Origin: Candidatus Giovannonibacteria bacterium RIFCSPHIGHO2_01_FULL_45_24
GTDB taxonomy: Bacteria; Patescibacteriota; Minisyncoccia; UBA11713; 2-01-FULL-45-33
Reading direction: 5' to 3'
Length of the DNA stretch: 53,291 nt
Assembly (NCBI GenBank): GCA_001778495.1
Contig: MFHE01000010.1
Location: forward strand, 1-53,291
Below the pieces are notes generated by a model, which was given only the letters and a program-made list of their open reading frames with translations, did not search any database and had not been told where the DNA came from. This document shows, in pieces, positions 1-8,362 of this stretch (position 1 is its first letter; each line of letters begins with the position of its first letter). A program made the translations under genes and the position numbers.

Positions 1-91
1 CTTGCGGTTACTTGTGCCAACATTCTCACTTCCAAACGCTCCACTCCGGCTCGCGCCGTGAGCTTCACTGCGATTGGAACGCTCTCCTACC

Positions 92-437
92 AATTGGTGC
101 TTGAATTTTGGAGGGGAACTTTTTTAAGGCTCCCCAAATTACTCCTTTCGTTGCTAATTAATGAAGAAGGCATACGACACAACCTTCCGGGTCACTACAT
201 CCGCCACACCATCGTCGTTTTTTTCCATCGAAGTTTCGTTCGAAAGCGTACGGATTGCCGCTGTTCAACTCTTCACTTTTGCGCATGTGTTCCACGGCCC
301 ACTTCTCGCCTTTTTCCAGAGCTTTCGCAAAATCCCGGTTGAAACGTATCAGGTTCGGAACATCAACAATTTTCTTGGCCATGACTGTTCTCCTTTCCAA
401 AGAACTAAATTTTAAATCCAAAATTCAAGCACCAATT
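92..437 (-). mobile_element. Intervening sequence (IVS) at the 23S helix-45 position, bounded by perfect 21-bp inverted repeats
   Basis: AATTGGTGCTTGAATTTTGGA (92-112) is the exact reverse complement of TCCAAAATTCAAGCACCAATT (417-437). It sits between conserved 23S flanks GAACGCTCTCCTACC and CCTCACCTTCGGT, where E. coli has only a short hairpin. Confidence 0.9.
158..382 (-). CDS. IVS-encoded 74-aa protein with C-terminal CxxC-x5-CxxC putative zinc-binding motif
   Basis: ATG at 382 preceded by GAAAGGAG SD-like site; MAKKIVD...WCGGCSDPEGCVVCLLH; same strand as the rRNA. Confidence 0.75.
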   Translation of the reverse strand: MAKKIVDVPNLIRFNRDFAKALEKGEKWAVEHMRKSEELNSGNPYAFERNFDGKKRRWCGGCSDPEGCVVCLLH

Positions 438-1799
438 CCTCACCTTCGGTACTCTGCTTAGCCCCGATAATTTTCGGCGCGAAGTCTCTTGACGAGTGAG
501 CTGTTACGCACTCTTTAAAGGATGGCTGCTTCTAAGCCAACCTCCTCGCTGTTTAAGAAACTCCACCACCTTCTTTGCACTTAGCAGAAATTTAGGGACC
601 TTAGATTGAGATCTGGGCTGTTTCCCTTTTGACCAATGGAGCTTAGCCCCCATAGTCTGACTAGCCCGTATATACAACTGGCATTCGGAGTTTAGTAGGA
701 TCGTCGAGCTTTCGCCCTATACGAACCTTCTAGTAGCTCTACCTCCAGTATTTTACGGGCCGCTAGCCCTAAAGCTATTTCGGAGAGAACCAGCTATTAC
801 CGAATTCGATTAGCTTTTCACTCCTTGCCACAGCTCATCCGATAGTATTGAACGGCTAAACGGTTCGGGCCTCCCCCCGCCTTTCGGCGGGGTTCACCCT
901 GGCCATGGCAAGCTCATCCGGCTTCGGGTCTATCCAGCACCTTTTTTGATAAATGAATATCAAATTCGCCATTTTAAGACTTGGTTTCCCTTTGCCTCCG
1001 GGCTAGACGCCCTTAGACAAAAGATGCTGGATAAGTCGTTGGCTCATTCTTCAATAGGCACGCCGTCATCCCGCGCCTTTGTAAAAAGGCGCGGGACTCC
1101 GACTCCTTGTAAGCATATGGTTTCAGGTACTATTTCATCGCCCTCACCGGGCTGCTTTTCAACTTTCCCTCACGGTACTGGTTCACTATCGATGATAAAA
1201 GGTATTTAGCCTTACCGGCTCGTGCCGGCAGTTTCCCCCGAACATCACGTTTTTCGGGGTACTCAAGTAAGGTCCAGAGAGTCAAAGGTGACTTTCGCTT
1301 ACGGGGCTATTACCCTCTTTGGCCGGCCTTTCCAGGGCCGTTCTGCTAGACAGACCTTTTTTGATTCAACTCTCCACGAGGATTAACCCTCATACGGACC
1401 AAACTTACTACTGCTCAATTTTCCTAATTAATAAATTAATCAAGAAAAAAGAACTCTGGGCTTTTCCCTTTTCGCTCGCCGCTACTTGGGGAATATACTA
1501 TTGTTTTCTTTTCCTCCGCTTACTGAAATGTTTTACTTCAGCGGGTTCGCCGCTCCGACGCAAGGTCGGAGCTCGTTTTGCTTTCGCAAAACGAGGTTTC
1601 CCCATTCGGAAATCTTGGGATCAAAGGTTGCTAGACACCTCCCCCAAGCTTAACGCAGTCACGCCACGCCCTTCGTCGCCCATTTTATCTCGAGCCATCC
1701 GCCATACGCCCTTTTACCCCCGCTAAGCGGGGGCGTAACCTGCCCCGATGCAAGATCGGGGCCGTCTTGTTAGAAAATGCGCTTACAAATTACACTATC

Positions 1800-1811
1800 T
1801 TGTCAAGGTGC
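1800..1811 (-). promoter_or_regulatory. boxA-like antitermination element in 23S leader
   Basis: Minus strand GCACCTTGACAA, between the promoter and the 23S 5' end; resembles rrn boxA. Confidence 0.45.
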
Positions 1812-1929
1812 GCACACGCTATAAACAAAAAATCCGCTCATCAGGAGCGGGGAAACACGCAAAAAACGAGAATCACCCACTTGTTGTTCCTAATGGATTA
1901 AAAATCTTATTCATAGATTATGTAAACCC

Positions 1930-1957
1930 ATTATAATCGCCCCGAAAAACAAGTCAA
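1930..1957 (-). promoter_or_regulatory. Sigma70 promoter of the stand-alone 23S gene
   Basis: TTGACT-N16-TATAAT on the minus strand; a 16-nt spacer is typical of rRNA promoters. Confidence 0.8.
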
Positions 1958-1980
1958 GCCCCCCGCAAGCGGGGGGCTTG
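1945..1980 (-). terminator. Hairpin terminator after the TM-helix gene, overlapping the rRNA -35
   Basis: CAAGCCCCCCGC-TT-GCGGGGGGCTTG followed by ACTTGTTTTT on the minus strand. Confidence 0.6.
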
Positions 1981-2004
1981 TGGATAATCCGAGATTCAAA
2001 ACAA

Positions 2005-2694
2005 TTACCTATTGTTAGAAATGTCCGAGCGAAGCTTTTCTATATAGCGAGCCGCAGCTTCCTTGCCGCCCAAGCCGAAAGCGAGGCCCCCGGCCAAAGC
2101 AAGCATGGCCACAACCGCCGTAAACAGCGTCTGGACAAACGGACCGGCAATGCCCAATTGGTAAAGCGCCGCCAAAATCGCGAAAATCCAGATAGCCCAT
2201 TTGGCAACCCCGCTCAAGAGTCTGGCGGAGGGCAAATGCGCCGCGCGCGCGCTCCCCTCAACAACATTGCTGACAGTTTCAGCTAGAAGCGCGGCCGCGA
2301 CTAAGATTAATGCGGCCACAATGACTTGCGGAATATAGGCAAGCACCACCGAGCGCAAAAATTCAGTCACCTGCGAAAGGCCGAGCACGTCAACGGCAGC
2401 CAACACAAACACCAGTATTACAAACCACCTCACCAATCCGCCCAAAAACGCTCCGGAGTCAAGCCGCATGCCCGCGCGGGAAACAACCTCGTCTGCCCCA
2501 ACGCTCTTTAGAGCCGTATCAATTTTTATGGCGCGGACAATCTGCTCAACTATCTTGCCCAAAGCTACGGCGATAACCCAGCCGACAATGAACACTATGA
2601 CGGCCACAACCAATTTCGGAACAAAGGCCACAACCCCTCCCCAAAGTTCCTGGAAAGACAGCACAAGGACATCGCCCCATGTTTGTACTAACAT
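2005..2694 (-). CDS. Conserved TM-helix repeat membrane protein (MscS/CmpX-like transmembrane region)
   Basis: 229 aa, almost entirely hydrophobic; repeated 'F/Y-I/V-P-x-V/L-I/V-x-A' units and a C-terminal GLAFGLGG. Confidence 0.75.
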   Translation of the reverse strand: MLVQTWGDVLVLSFQELWGGVVAFVPKLVVAVIVFIVGWVIAVALGKIVEQIVRAIKIDTALKSVGADEVVSRAGMRLDSGAFLGGLVRWFVILVFVLAAVDVLGLSQVTEFLRSVVLAYIPQVIVAALILVAAALLAETVSNVVEGSARAAHLPSARLLSGVAKWAIWIFAILAALYQLGIAGPFVQTLFTAVVAMLALAGGLAFGLGGKEAAARYIEKLRSDISNNR

Positions 2695-2899
2695 AATATT
2701 TTAATTTTTAATCTATAATTTTTAATCTGATAACCCAACCAGGACCCTCGAGAAGCCCTCGTTGACGAGGCCAATAAGCGTTTGTATCGACCATATGCTT
2801 ATTCAAGCCGCATTTAGCTTTATAGCTTTATTTTAACATAAAACAGGCCTCCGCCAGCCGGCGGATTGGTGGGGGTGTGGATAAAAATAAGCTCAATTT

Positions 2900-2971
2900 T
2901 GGGCGGCAGAGGATTCGAACCTCTAACCCCTGCAATGTGAATGCAGTGCTCTGCCATTGAGCTAGCCGCCC
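2900..2971 (-). tRNA. tRNA-Val(CAC), CCA not encoded
   Basis: GGGCGGCTAGCTCAATGGCAGAGCA-CTGCA-TTCACAT-TGCAG-GGGTTAGAGGTTCGAATCCTCTGCCGCCCA forms a cloverleaf with anticodon CAC. Confidence 0.95.
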
Positions 2972-2975
2972 AACC

Positions 2976-3614
2976 CTAGTCCACTCCCAATTTATTTATT
3001 AAAAATTCGTGCGGGTAGTCAAAGAGGTCGCGCAGAAGCTTGTCGTGCATGGCAAGCCGACGCTCAAATTCCGGAGCGCTCATCAAGGTCCAATTAAGCT
3101 CTTTGCCGACTTCAGCTTCAACCTTTTTTATAAATTTTTCCGCAGCGGCGCGCCTTACCTCTCCGATCACAAGCAAGTCCAGGTACTCCGCACCTTCCGG
3201 CCAGCCGTTTGAAAAACCTCCGGCGAATATTCCTCCGAGAGCAAGCAGTTTGATTTTGCCGCGGTTTTTAAAAAATTTAAGCATCCTTTCGCGAGACGCA
3301 GGCGAAGCGTCAACCAACAGATTTTTCAAAGCCAAAAGGCAAGGGAAGGTTTGCGAAAGCTGGACGCCTTTCACGCGCTTTTTTACGATTTTGGATTTCT
3401 TTCCGGCTTTTTTAATAAAAGCGTCCGTGCGGCTTGCCCTTTTCAAAAAGCCGACCGAGAGCAAAAATCTGGCTTCTTTTGCAGCCGCACCCGGAGAAAC
3501 GCGCAAAATCCTTGCCGCCTCCTTCGGTTCAAAAACTTTTTCCGGAGAAAGCAGGAAAAACCTTAAGAGTTTGAGTCTCGCCACGCCCCCAAAAAGTTTT
3601 TCTAAGATGTTCAT
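2976..3614 (-). CDS. Hypothetical protein: N-terminal wHTH plus nucleotidyltransferase-like C-terminal domain
   Basis: LEKLFG..RLKLLRFF HTH-like start; DLLVIG ... EVGKELNW..MS..EF resembles a minimal nucleotidyltransferase fold. Confidence 0.6.
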   Translation of the reverse strand: MNILEKLFGGVARLKLLRFFLLSPEKVFEPKEAARILRVSPGAAAKEARFLLSVGFLKRASRTDAFIKKAGKKSKIVKKRVKGVQLSQTFPCLLALKNLLVDASPASRERMLKFFKNRGKIKLLALGGIFAGGFSNGWPEGAEYLDLLVIGEVRRAAAEKFIKKVEAEVGKELNWTLMSAPEFERRLAMHDKLLRDLFDYPHEFLINKLGVD

Positions 3615-3681
3615 CGTTTTGAGAAAACTAAGTAATTTTTACGGTTGGCTTCTTTTAGTAAAAATTACTTAGTTTTTGAAA

Positions 3682-4056
3682 TTATTTCAATTCCACCGTC
3701 GCACCGGCTTCTTCCAGTTTCTTTTTAAGCTCCTCGGCTGCGGCCTTGTCCATCTCTTCTTTTACCACCTTAGGCGCTGCGTCCGCGGCCGCCTTGGCGT
3801 CAGCCAGGCCCATACCCAAAGCTTCGCGCAAAACCTTGATTACCGCAATCTTCGTGCCTCCGGCTGATTTCAACTCCACATTGAAAGTGGATTTCTCCTC
3901 TTTGGCTTCCTCACCCGCTCCCGCGCTGGCTGAAGCCGCCATAACTGGCATCGCGGCAGAAACCCCGAATTTTTCCTCAATCTTTTTGACCAAATCGGAA
4001 AGTTCAAGCGCAGAAAGCCTTGAAACTTCTTCCACTATTTTTTCTAAATCTGCCAT
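3682..4056 (-). CDS. rplL: 50S ribosomal protein L7/L12
   Basis: EEKFGVSA, KIAVIKVLRE, LEEAGATVELK. Confidence 0.98.
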   Translation of the reverse strand: MADLEKIVEEVSRLSALELSDLVKKIEEKFGVSAAMPVMAASASAGAGEEAKEEKSTFNVELKSAGGTKIAVIKVLREALGMGLADAKAAADAAPKVVKEEMDKAAAEELKKKLEEAGATVELK

Positions 4057-4097
4057 ATTACTAATTACTAATTTTTACTAATATACTAATCGACCGT

Positions 4098-4592
4098 TTA
4101 CTTTTGTTTTTTACCAATTTCATTTAACGCTCTGGCGAAACTCGCCATTGGCTGACTAAGCACAAACGCAAGCTGGGTAAGCAAAACCTCGCGCGTTGGG
4201 ATCGCCGCTAATCTTTTGATCTCATCGGCGCCGATCCATACTTTTTTCCAAAATCCCCCGATAATCTTCAACATCTCTTTATTTTTTCTGGCGAAATTCA
4301 CAACTTCCTTTGAGGATGCCAGCGCCTCGTCTTCGCCTTCGGCAAAAACCGCCCCGATCTCGCCTTCCAACTTCTCACGGCTCATTTCCAACCCCGCTTC
4401 CTTGGCCGCAACTCCCAAGAGTGTCTTTTTTGAAACCAAATAATCTCCGCCAGCTTTTTTGAGCGCCCGTCTCAATTCCTGCGCCTTTGCCACCGAAAGC
4501 CCGTGAAAGTTTAACAAAGCAATAAAACCAGAAACGCTCAATTTCTCTTTGAGCTTTTTAACCGCCTCTTCTTTTTGTTTTCTTGTAATCAT
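4098..4592 (-). CDS. rplJ: 50S ribosomal protein L10
   Basis: GLSV...LRR.L....Y.VSKKTL, LAAIPTREVLL; directly upstream of rplL. Confidence 0.97.
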   Translation of the reverse strand: MITRKQKEEAVKKLKEKLSVSGFIALLNFHGLSVAKAQELRRALKKAGGDYLVSKKTLLGVAAKEAGLEMSREKLEGEIGAVFAEGEDEALASSKEVVNFARKNKEMLKIIGGFWKKVWIGADEIKRLAAIPTREVLLTQLAFVLSQPMASFARALNEIGKKQK

Positions 4593-4604
4593 AAAACAAT
4601 TTTA

Positions 4605-4672
4605 GCGGCCCAAAAGCCGCTTTCGCACCTAGTGAGGTCTTAAAGTATCCCCGCCCCACTTCTACGGCAATG
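4605..4672 (-). promoter_or_regulatory. Putative L10 leader (autoregulatory RNA)
   Basis: Minus strand CCGTAGAAGTGGGG...CCTCACTAGG resembles the L10-leader core and is followed by the hairpin AGCGGC-TTTTGG-GCCGCT just upstream of rplJ. Confidence 0.5.
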
Positions 4673-4707
4673 AACCGAGCATAGCAAACCCCAGAATCTA
4701 TGCAATA

Positions 4708-4766
4708 TTGACAAATAAAGTATAACATGCTAACATTATAAGCGGGGCGAATTTAAGCACAGGAGG
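4708..4766 (+). promoter_or_regulatory. Sigma70 promoter plus SD for the orphan gene at 4773
   Basis: TTGACA-N17-TAACAT with TG extension; AGGAGG at 4761-4766. Confidence 0.7.
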
Positions 4767-4772
4767 TGCTCC

Positions 4773-5156
4773 TTGGCAAAAATAGTGAAATTGAGCGCGC
4801 TTACTCCAGAGGCGATAAGGCAGATCGTAAACATTTACCACAATACCTTGGGTGGAGAAATGGGGAAACTATACCACGAAAAATATCTGCTGGAAGGAAT
4901 CAAAAGAGATCTTCAGCATATCTCTACTTCAAAGTGGAGATTTGGATCTAGATTCTCTGAGCATTCCAAATTACTGGTGCAAAAGGTTTACGATTCCCCA
5001 TTCAGCAATTTCGAAAATCCGGTCGTGAAATTCGAATTTTACGCAGGAGAACGTAATCGCGAAGGCCGACTTATTGATTCAGATGCAGAAAGGTTTAGCG
5101 AGGCTTTTGAAAACGCAGTGGATCAATACCTGACAAACATTGGTCTCGCGCTTTAA
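4773..5156 (+). CDS. Hypothetical protein, 127 aa (TTG start)
   Basis: ORF with its own promoter, AGGAGG and a downstream terminator; no family recognised. Confidence 0.75.
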   Translation: MAKIVKLSALTPEAIRQIVNIYHNTLGGEMGKLYHEKYLLEGIKRDLQHISTSKWRFGSRFSEHSKLLVQKVYDSPFSNFENPVVKFEFYAGERNREGRLIDSDAERFSEAFENAVDQYLTNIGLAL

Positions 5157-5167
5157 AAACAAGGCCT

Positions 5168-5229
5168 AAAATAGCGGTGAGGGATAACCACGTAAAACGT
5201 GTCCGTCCCAATACCCGCTTTTTTATTTT
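5168..5229 (+). terminator. Intrinsic terminator with large structured loop
   Basis: AGCGG...CCGCT enclosing GGGA/TCCC and CACGT/ACGTG stems, then TTTTTATTTT. Confidence 0.6.
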
Positions 5230-5270
5230 CCAACGCCAATTAAAACCCATCACAATTCTATACTATATTC

Positions 5271-5307
5271 TATACTATCTATCACCAACGATCGTTGAAT
5301 ATAGATA
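5271..5307. repeat. Palindromic repeat, downstream copy flanking the PaaX-like gene
   Basis: TATACTATCT-ATCAC-CAACGATCGTTG-AAT-ATAGATA; core at 5286-5297. Confidence 0.85.
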
Positions 5308-5967
5308 CTATGCATGTTTGCGCAAAATATCTTTAAAATAATATAATACTTTCCCGCTCTTTAAATCGTTTGTCGTAAAAATCTCAACGAAAGGATGGAT
5401 ATTAAATATATCGCACAAAAATTTAATTTCGTGCTCGCATGGAAAAGGGTGAACCCATACGCTTCTCTGAAGCGGATAGAATCCTAAATTTTTTAGCTGA
5501 TTCCATAATGCATACCTGGATTTTTTAAATTTTTCCGGGATGTCAAAAATTACAACTCGCCATTTTTTATCCCATTTTGCCGGAGATTTTATTTCCAATG
5601 TTTCAAGTAATAATGTTTTAGTCAGTGCGCGCCCCTTGTCAGTAAATCTATAAACCAATCCGCCATCCTTGCTTTCGCCTACACATTCAAACACATTGCG
5701 CTTTTTTAAAGCGTGAAATCTTGCCCAAAGTTTTTGATACCGCTCCTGTTTGTCTTTCTTGGCTCTAGCCAAACCCTTACCAGCAATGGCGGCAATACCA
5801 GGCGCTACAACGGCAACGGTAAGTACCCCACCTAAAATGGCCGTGGCAAACAATGCCTTAATTGTCGATGAAGCAATTGGATGTTTAGCAACAAATTCTT
5901 TTACGCGATCTTTAATTTCGTCCGATATTTTCGGATCAGCAAAGTAAATTGGCTTATGTTTTGGCAT
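5308..5967 (-). CDS. PaaX-like protein: hydrophobic N-terminal helix, wHTH, Cas2-like C-terminal domain
   Basis: WDKKWRVVIFDIPE...R..L...LK.LGF..LQRSVWV is the PaaX-central/Cas2-like signature; YRFTDKG is a wing motif; visibly AT-rich. Confidence 0.85.
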   Translation of the reverse strand: MPKHKPIYFADPKISDEIKDRVKEFVAKHPIASSTIKALFATAILGGVLTVAVVAPGIAAIAGKGLARAKKDKQERYQKLWARFHALKKRNVFECVGESKDGGLVYRFTDKGRALTKTLLLETLEIKSPAKWDKKWRVVIFDIPEKFKKSRYALWNQLKNLGFYPLQRSVWVHPFPCEHEIKFLCDIFNIHPFVEIFTTNDLKSGKVLYYFKDILRKHA

Positions 5968-5973
5968 AATCTA

Positions 5974-6015
5974 TATACTATCTTTAAACAACGATCGTTG
6001 TAAATACATAGTATA
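5974..6015. repeat. Palindromic repeat, upstream copy flanking the PaaX-like gene
   Basis: TATACTAT-CTTTAAA-CAACGATCGTTG-TAAATAC-ATAGTATA; core at 5989-6000. Confidence 0.85.
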
Positions 6016-6031
6016 GAGCACGGTAAGAAAG

Positions 6032-6739
6032 TTATCCCCAGAGCAGGGTGTATGCCGCAACGACGGAGGCGGTTTCGGAGCGCAATGTCAGACGACCCAA
6101 GGATATAATTTCAAAATTTGCGCGCCCTGCGGCGAAAATTTCGCGCTCTTCCCAGCCGCCTTCCGGGCCAACAAAAAGATTCATCTGCCTGTCACCCGCG
6201 CCGCGCATCATATTTTCTTTCTCGGAAACTGCTGCAAAATAAGTTTTTGCTCCCGAGAGCCCCGCTTGACCTACCGCCCGCTCAAAAAAAACAACCGGAT
6301 GCAATTTTGGGATTACCGCCCGCCCCGACTGCTCCGCGGCTTCTTTTAAAATCGCGGCACACCGCTCCGTATTTAAGCTTTTCTTTTCGGATCTGGCGGA
6401 TATTACCGGCGCGATCTCCGAAACCCCAATTTCTGTGGCTTTCTCCAAAACCCATTCAAACTTATCTTTTTTAACCAGCGATTGGTATAGAATCAATTTC
6501 TTTGATGGTTCACGGGTGTTTTCAAGTTTTTCCCTAAGCATAAGAGCTGCGGAGCCGGCTTCAATATTTTTGAGCTCAAAGACAAAATCAAAGCCGAGAT
6601 ACTCCGGAGCGCCGCTGAAAAACACGGCTTGTTCTCCTTTTCGAATTTTTAAAACGTCTCTAATCTGGTGAATTACCGAGCGGTCTCTCACCACCAAAAT
6701 TTCTTTATTTAATTCTTGCGGCAGATAAAACCTGTGCAT
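6032..6739 (-). CDS. rsmE: 16S rRNA m3U1498 methyltransferase
   Basis: EKATEIGV, EAAEQSGR, VGPEGGW, LGRLTLRSETA. Confidence 0.96.
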   Translation of the reverse strand: MHRFYLPQELNKEILVVRDRSVIHQIRDVLKIRKGEQAVFFSGAPEYLGFDFVFELKNIEAGSAALMLREKLENTREPSKKLILYQSLVKKDKFEWVLEKATEIGVSEIAPVISARSEKKSLNTERCAAILKEAAEQSGRAVIPKLHPVVFFERAVGQAGLSGAKTYFAAVSEKENMMRGAGDRQMNLFVGPEGGWEEREIFAAGRANFEIISLGRLTLRSETASVVAAYTLLWG

Positions 6740-7419
6740 TATTTCGTATCAATAATTATAGTAAATTCTCCTCTTTGGCGCTCGCCCGTGAAGTGTTTTT
6801 GGGCTTCGGATAATTTGCCCCTGAAAATTTCTTCGTGAAGCTTTGTCAGCTCCCTGCCGATGTTTACATATCTATCGCCATTGGCCACTTCCAGCTCACG
6901 CAGAGTTTTTTGTACGCGGTGGGGCGACTCAAAAATAATTACCGGCATATTTATCTTGGCAACACGCCCGAAAAATGTCTGCCGGCCTTTTTTGCGCGGA
7001 GGGAAACCCAAAAAAATAAAATTACTTAAATCGATGTCGCTGGCGGACACTATAGCTGAAAGCGCCGAGGGCCCCGGGATCGGTATCACGGAAGCCGAGC
7101 TTCCACTTGGAAGTTCGGCTTCCAAGTAAGCGATGAGTTTGCGGCCCGGGTCGGAAATGCCCGGAGTTCCTGCGTCAGTGACTAGCGCCAAATTTTTGTT
7201 TTCTTTGATTAAATTTAGAATTTTTTCTAAAATTTTTGGAGATGAATGCTCTCGAAAAGAAATCGTCGGCTTGGAAATCCCGAGATGCGCCAGCAATTTT
7301 CTGGTTACTCTTGTGTCTTCAGCTAAAACAACATCAACTGATTTTAACGTTTCTATCGCGCGGAGCGTGACGTCTTTTAAATTCCCGATGGGCGTGGCTA
7401 CGATAAAGAGCTTTGGCAT
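6739..7419 (-). CDS. rsmI: 16S rRNA cytidine-1402 2'-O-methyltransferase (start MPKLFIV at 7419)
   Basis: VATPIGNLKD, AEDTR, DAGTPGISDPG, ESPHR, RELTKLHEE. Confidence 0.96.
   Translation of the reverse strand: MPKLFIVATPIGNLKDVTLRAIETLKSVDVVLAEDTRVTRKLLAHLGISKPTISFREHSSPKILEKILNLIKENKNLALVTDAGTPGISDPGRKLIAYLEAELPSGSSASVIPIPGPSALSAIVSASDIDLSNFIFLGFPPRKKGRQTFFGRVAKINMPVIIFESPHRVQKTLRELEVANGDRYVNIGRELTKLHEEIFRGKLSEAQKHFTGERQRGEFTIIIDTK
7090..7127. repeat. REP-like palindrome doublet inside rsmI
   Basis: GGAAGCCGAGCTTCC-ACTT-GGAAGTTCGGCTTCC-AAGT; same sequence family as the RAYT-flanking palindromes. Confidence 0.9.
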
Positions 7420-7450
7420 AAAAACATAGTAAACAAAAAACGCGGGTTTG

Positions 7451-8299
7451 TTAAGCACCGCGTTCGCGGAAGTAGTTGTCGCTGTATTTCCAAAAGAGCT
7501 TCTGAAGTTTTGAGGTAAGGGTATCCGGCCCGACCTCAAACGCGCGATAGATGATTTGCTTTATAGGCGTGATACCGCGAGTAGTGGAGGTAAAAAATGC
7601 CTCCCGGCAAAGTTTCAGAAGATCAATGCCAATTTCATACTCGGAGACTCTTTTGAAAAGTTCCGACCGCTGCGCCAAATCCAGAACAATTTTGCGCGTC
7701 ACACCTGCAAGCGCCCTGTTATGAGTATATGGCGTGATCAACCAATCGTCGGTAGTAATAAAAAACACGTTCTCATACGGCCCTTCCAAAATTCCGTCTA
7801 TGTGGTCGTAATAAAGAAAACTATCGTATCCCATCCCCTGTATTCTTTGTATATTTCTGTTAACCGTCCCGTAGTCGCATGCCAGTTTCAAATTCGGAAC
7901 CTTGCGTCGCTCCACTACAGTCATCAGACGCAGAGGTTTGGATTCGCTCTCTGTGAGCGGCCTGACATCCAAGGAAAGCTTGGGCGAGCCCGAGGGAGTT
8001 TTCATGTCATCCGAGTCCCCCGGCGTGACGAGTATACGAACCACCGAACGGTCATTGCCGTCTTTTTTCAAAAGGCACTCCGCTTTCGCCTTTATCTCCT
8101 GCCCGGAAGGCAGTTTCTCCCGCGGAATATATCCGTCGCAGCCCGCCATCAGGCGGCTCCAATGGTCATACCAATGGAAGAGAACCGCGCCCCGAGCGGC
8201 TAAAACTTCTATGACTCCGTCCGCCCGTTGCAGCCCCAAGTCATTCTGCCAAGAAATTTTTTCCCGCCAATCCCCTTCGCACCAGATAAGATTCTGCAT
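7451..8299 (-). CDS. PLP-dependent aminotransferase class IV (PabC/IlvE/Dat-like)
   Basis: DGVIEV, HWSRL, NLK, ILEGPYENVFF, LAGVTR, EAFFTSTTRGITPI; AAGGAGG before the ATG at 8299. Confidence 0.85.
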   Translation of the reverse strand: MQNLIWCEGDWREKISWQNDLGLQRADGVIEVLAARGAVLFHWYDHWSRLMAGCDGYIPREKLPSGQEIKAKAECLLKKDGNDRSVVRILVTPGDSDDMKTPSGSPKLSLDVRPLTESESKPLRLMTVVERRKVPNLKLACDYGTVNRNIQRIQGMGYDSFLYYDHIDGILEGPYENVFFITTDDWLITPYTHNRALAGVTRKIVLDLAQRSELFKRVSEYEIGIDLLKLCREAFFTSTTRGITPIKQIIYRAFEVGPDTLTSKLQKLFWKYSDNYFRERGA

Positions 8300-8362
8300 C
8301 TCTGCCTCCTTTTCTCTCAAAAGAGCATAGCACAGGATATTAAATTGGGGAAGCAGGCCCGC

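Larger units (their letters stand above)
1..1720 (-). rRNA. rrl: 23S rRNA gene, 5' portion (continues off the left edge); contains an intervening sequence at 92-437
   Basis: Reverse complement matches universal 23S segments, e.g. + strand GGATGGCTGCTTCTAAGCCAAC, CCCTCACGGTACTGGTTCACTATCG, TTCGCTCGCCGCTACT, GGTTTCCCCATTCGGAAATC. The 5' end position is approximate. Confidence 0.97.

Noticed and set aside
92..437. Group I/II intron or homing endonuclease
   Set aside because: The insert is almost filled by the ORF and terminal stem; no ribozyme core or LAGLIDADG/GIY-YIG/HNH motif is seen.
940..1100. Short hairpin extensions in 23S
   Set aside because: Within normal variable-helix length variation; too short to call insertions.
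58..1936. + strand ORFs over the rRNA region (58-342, 161-415, 255-461, 946-1209, 1319-1726, 1748-1936)
   Set aside because: Antisense to the 23S rRNA, IVS or leader; no coding signals.
2900..2971. tRNA as an island integration site
   Set aside because: No duplicated tRNA 3' end or integrase was seen in the window.
5271..6015. CRISPR-Cas interpretation of the Cas2-like gene and repeats
   Set aside because: Only two non-identical repeats flank a whole gene; there is no spacer array and no cas1 or effector gene.
7556..8203. Long antisense ORFs (e.g. 3040-3672, 7556-8203, 17023-17553, 18166-18702)
   Set aside because: Shadows of well-supported genes on the opposite strand.
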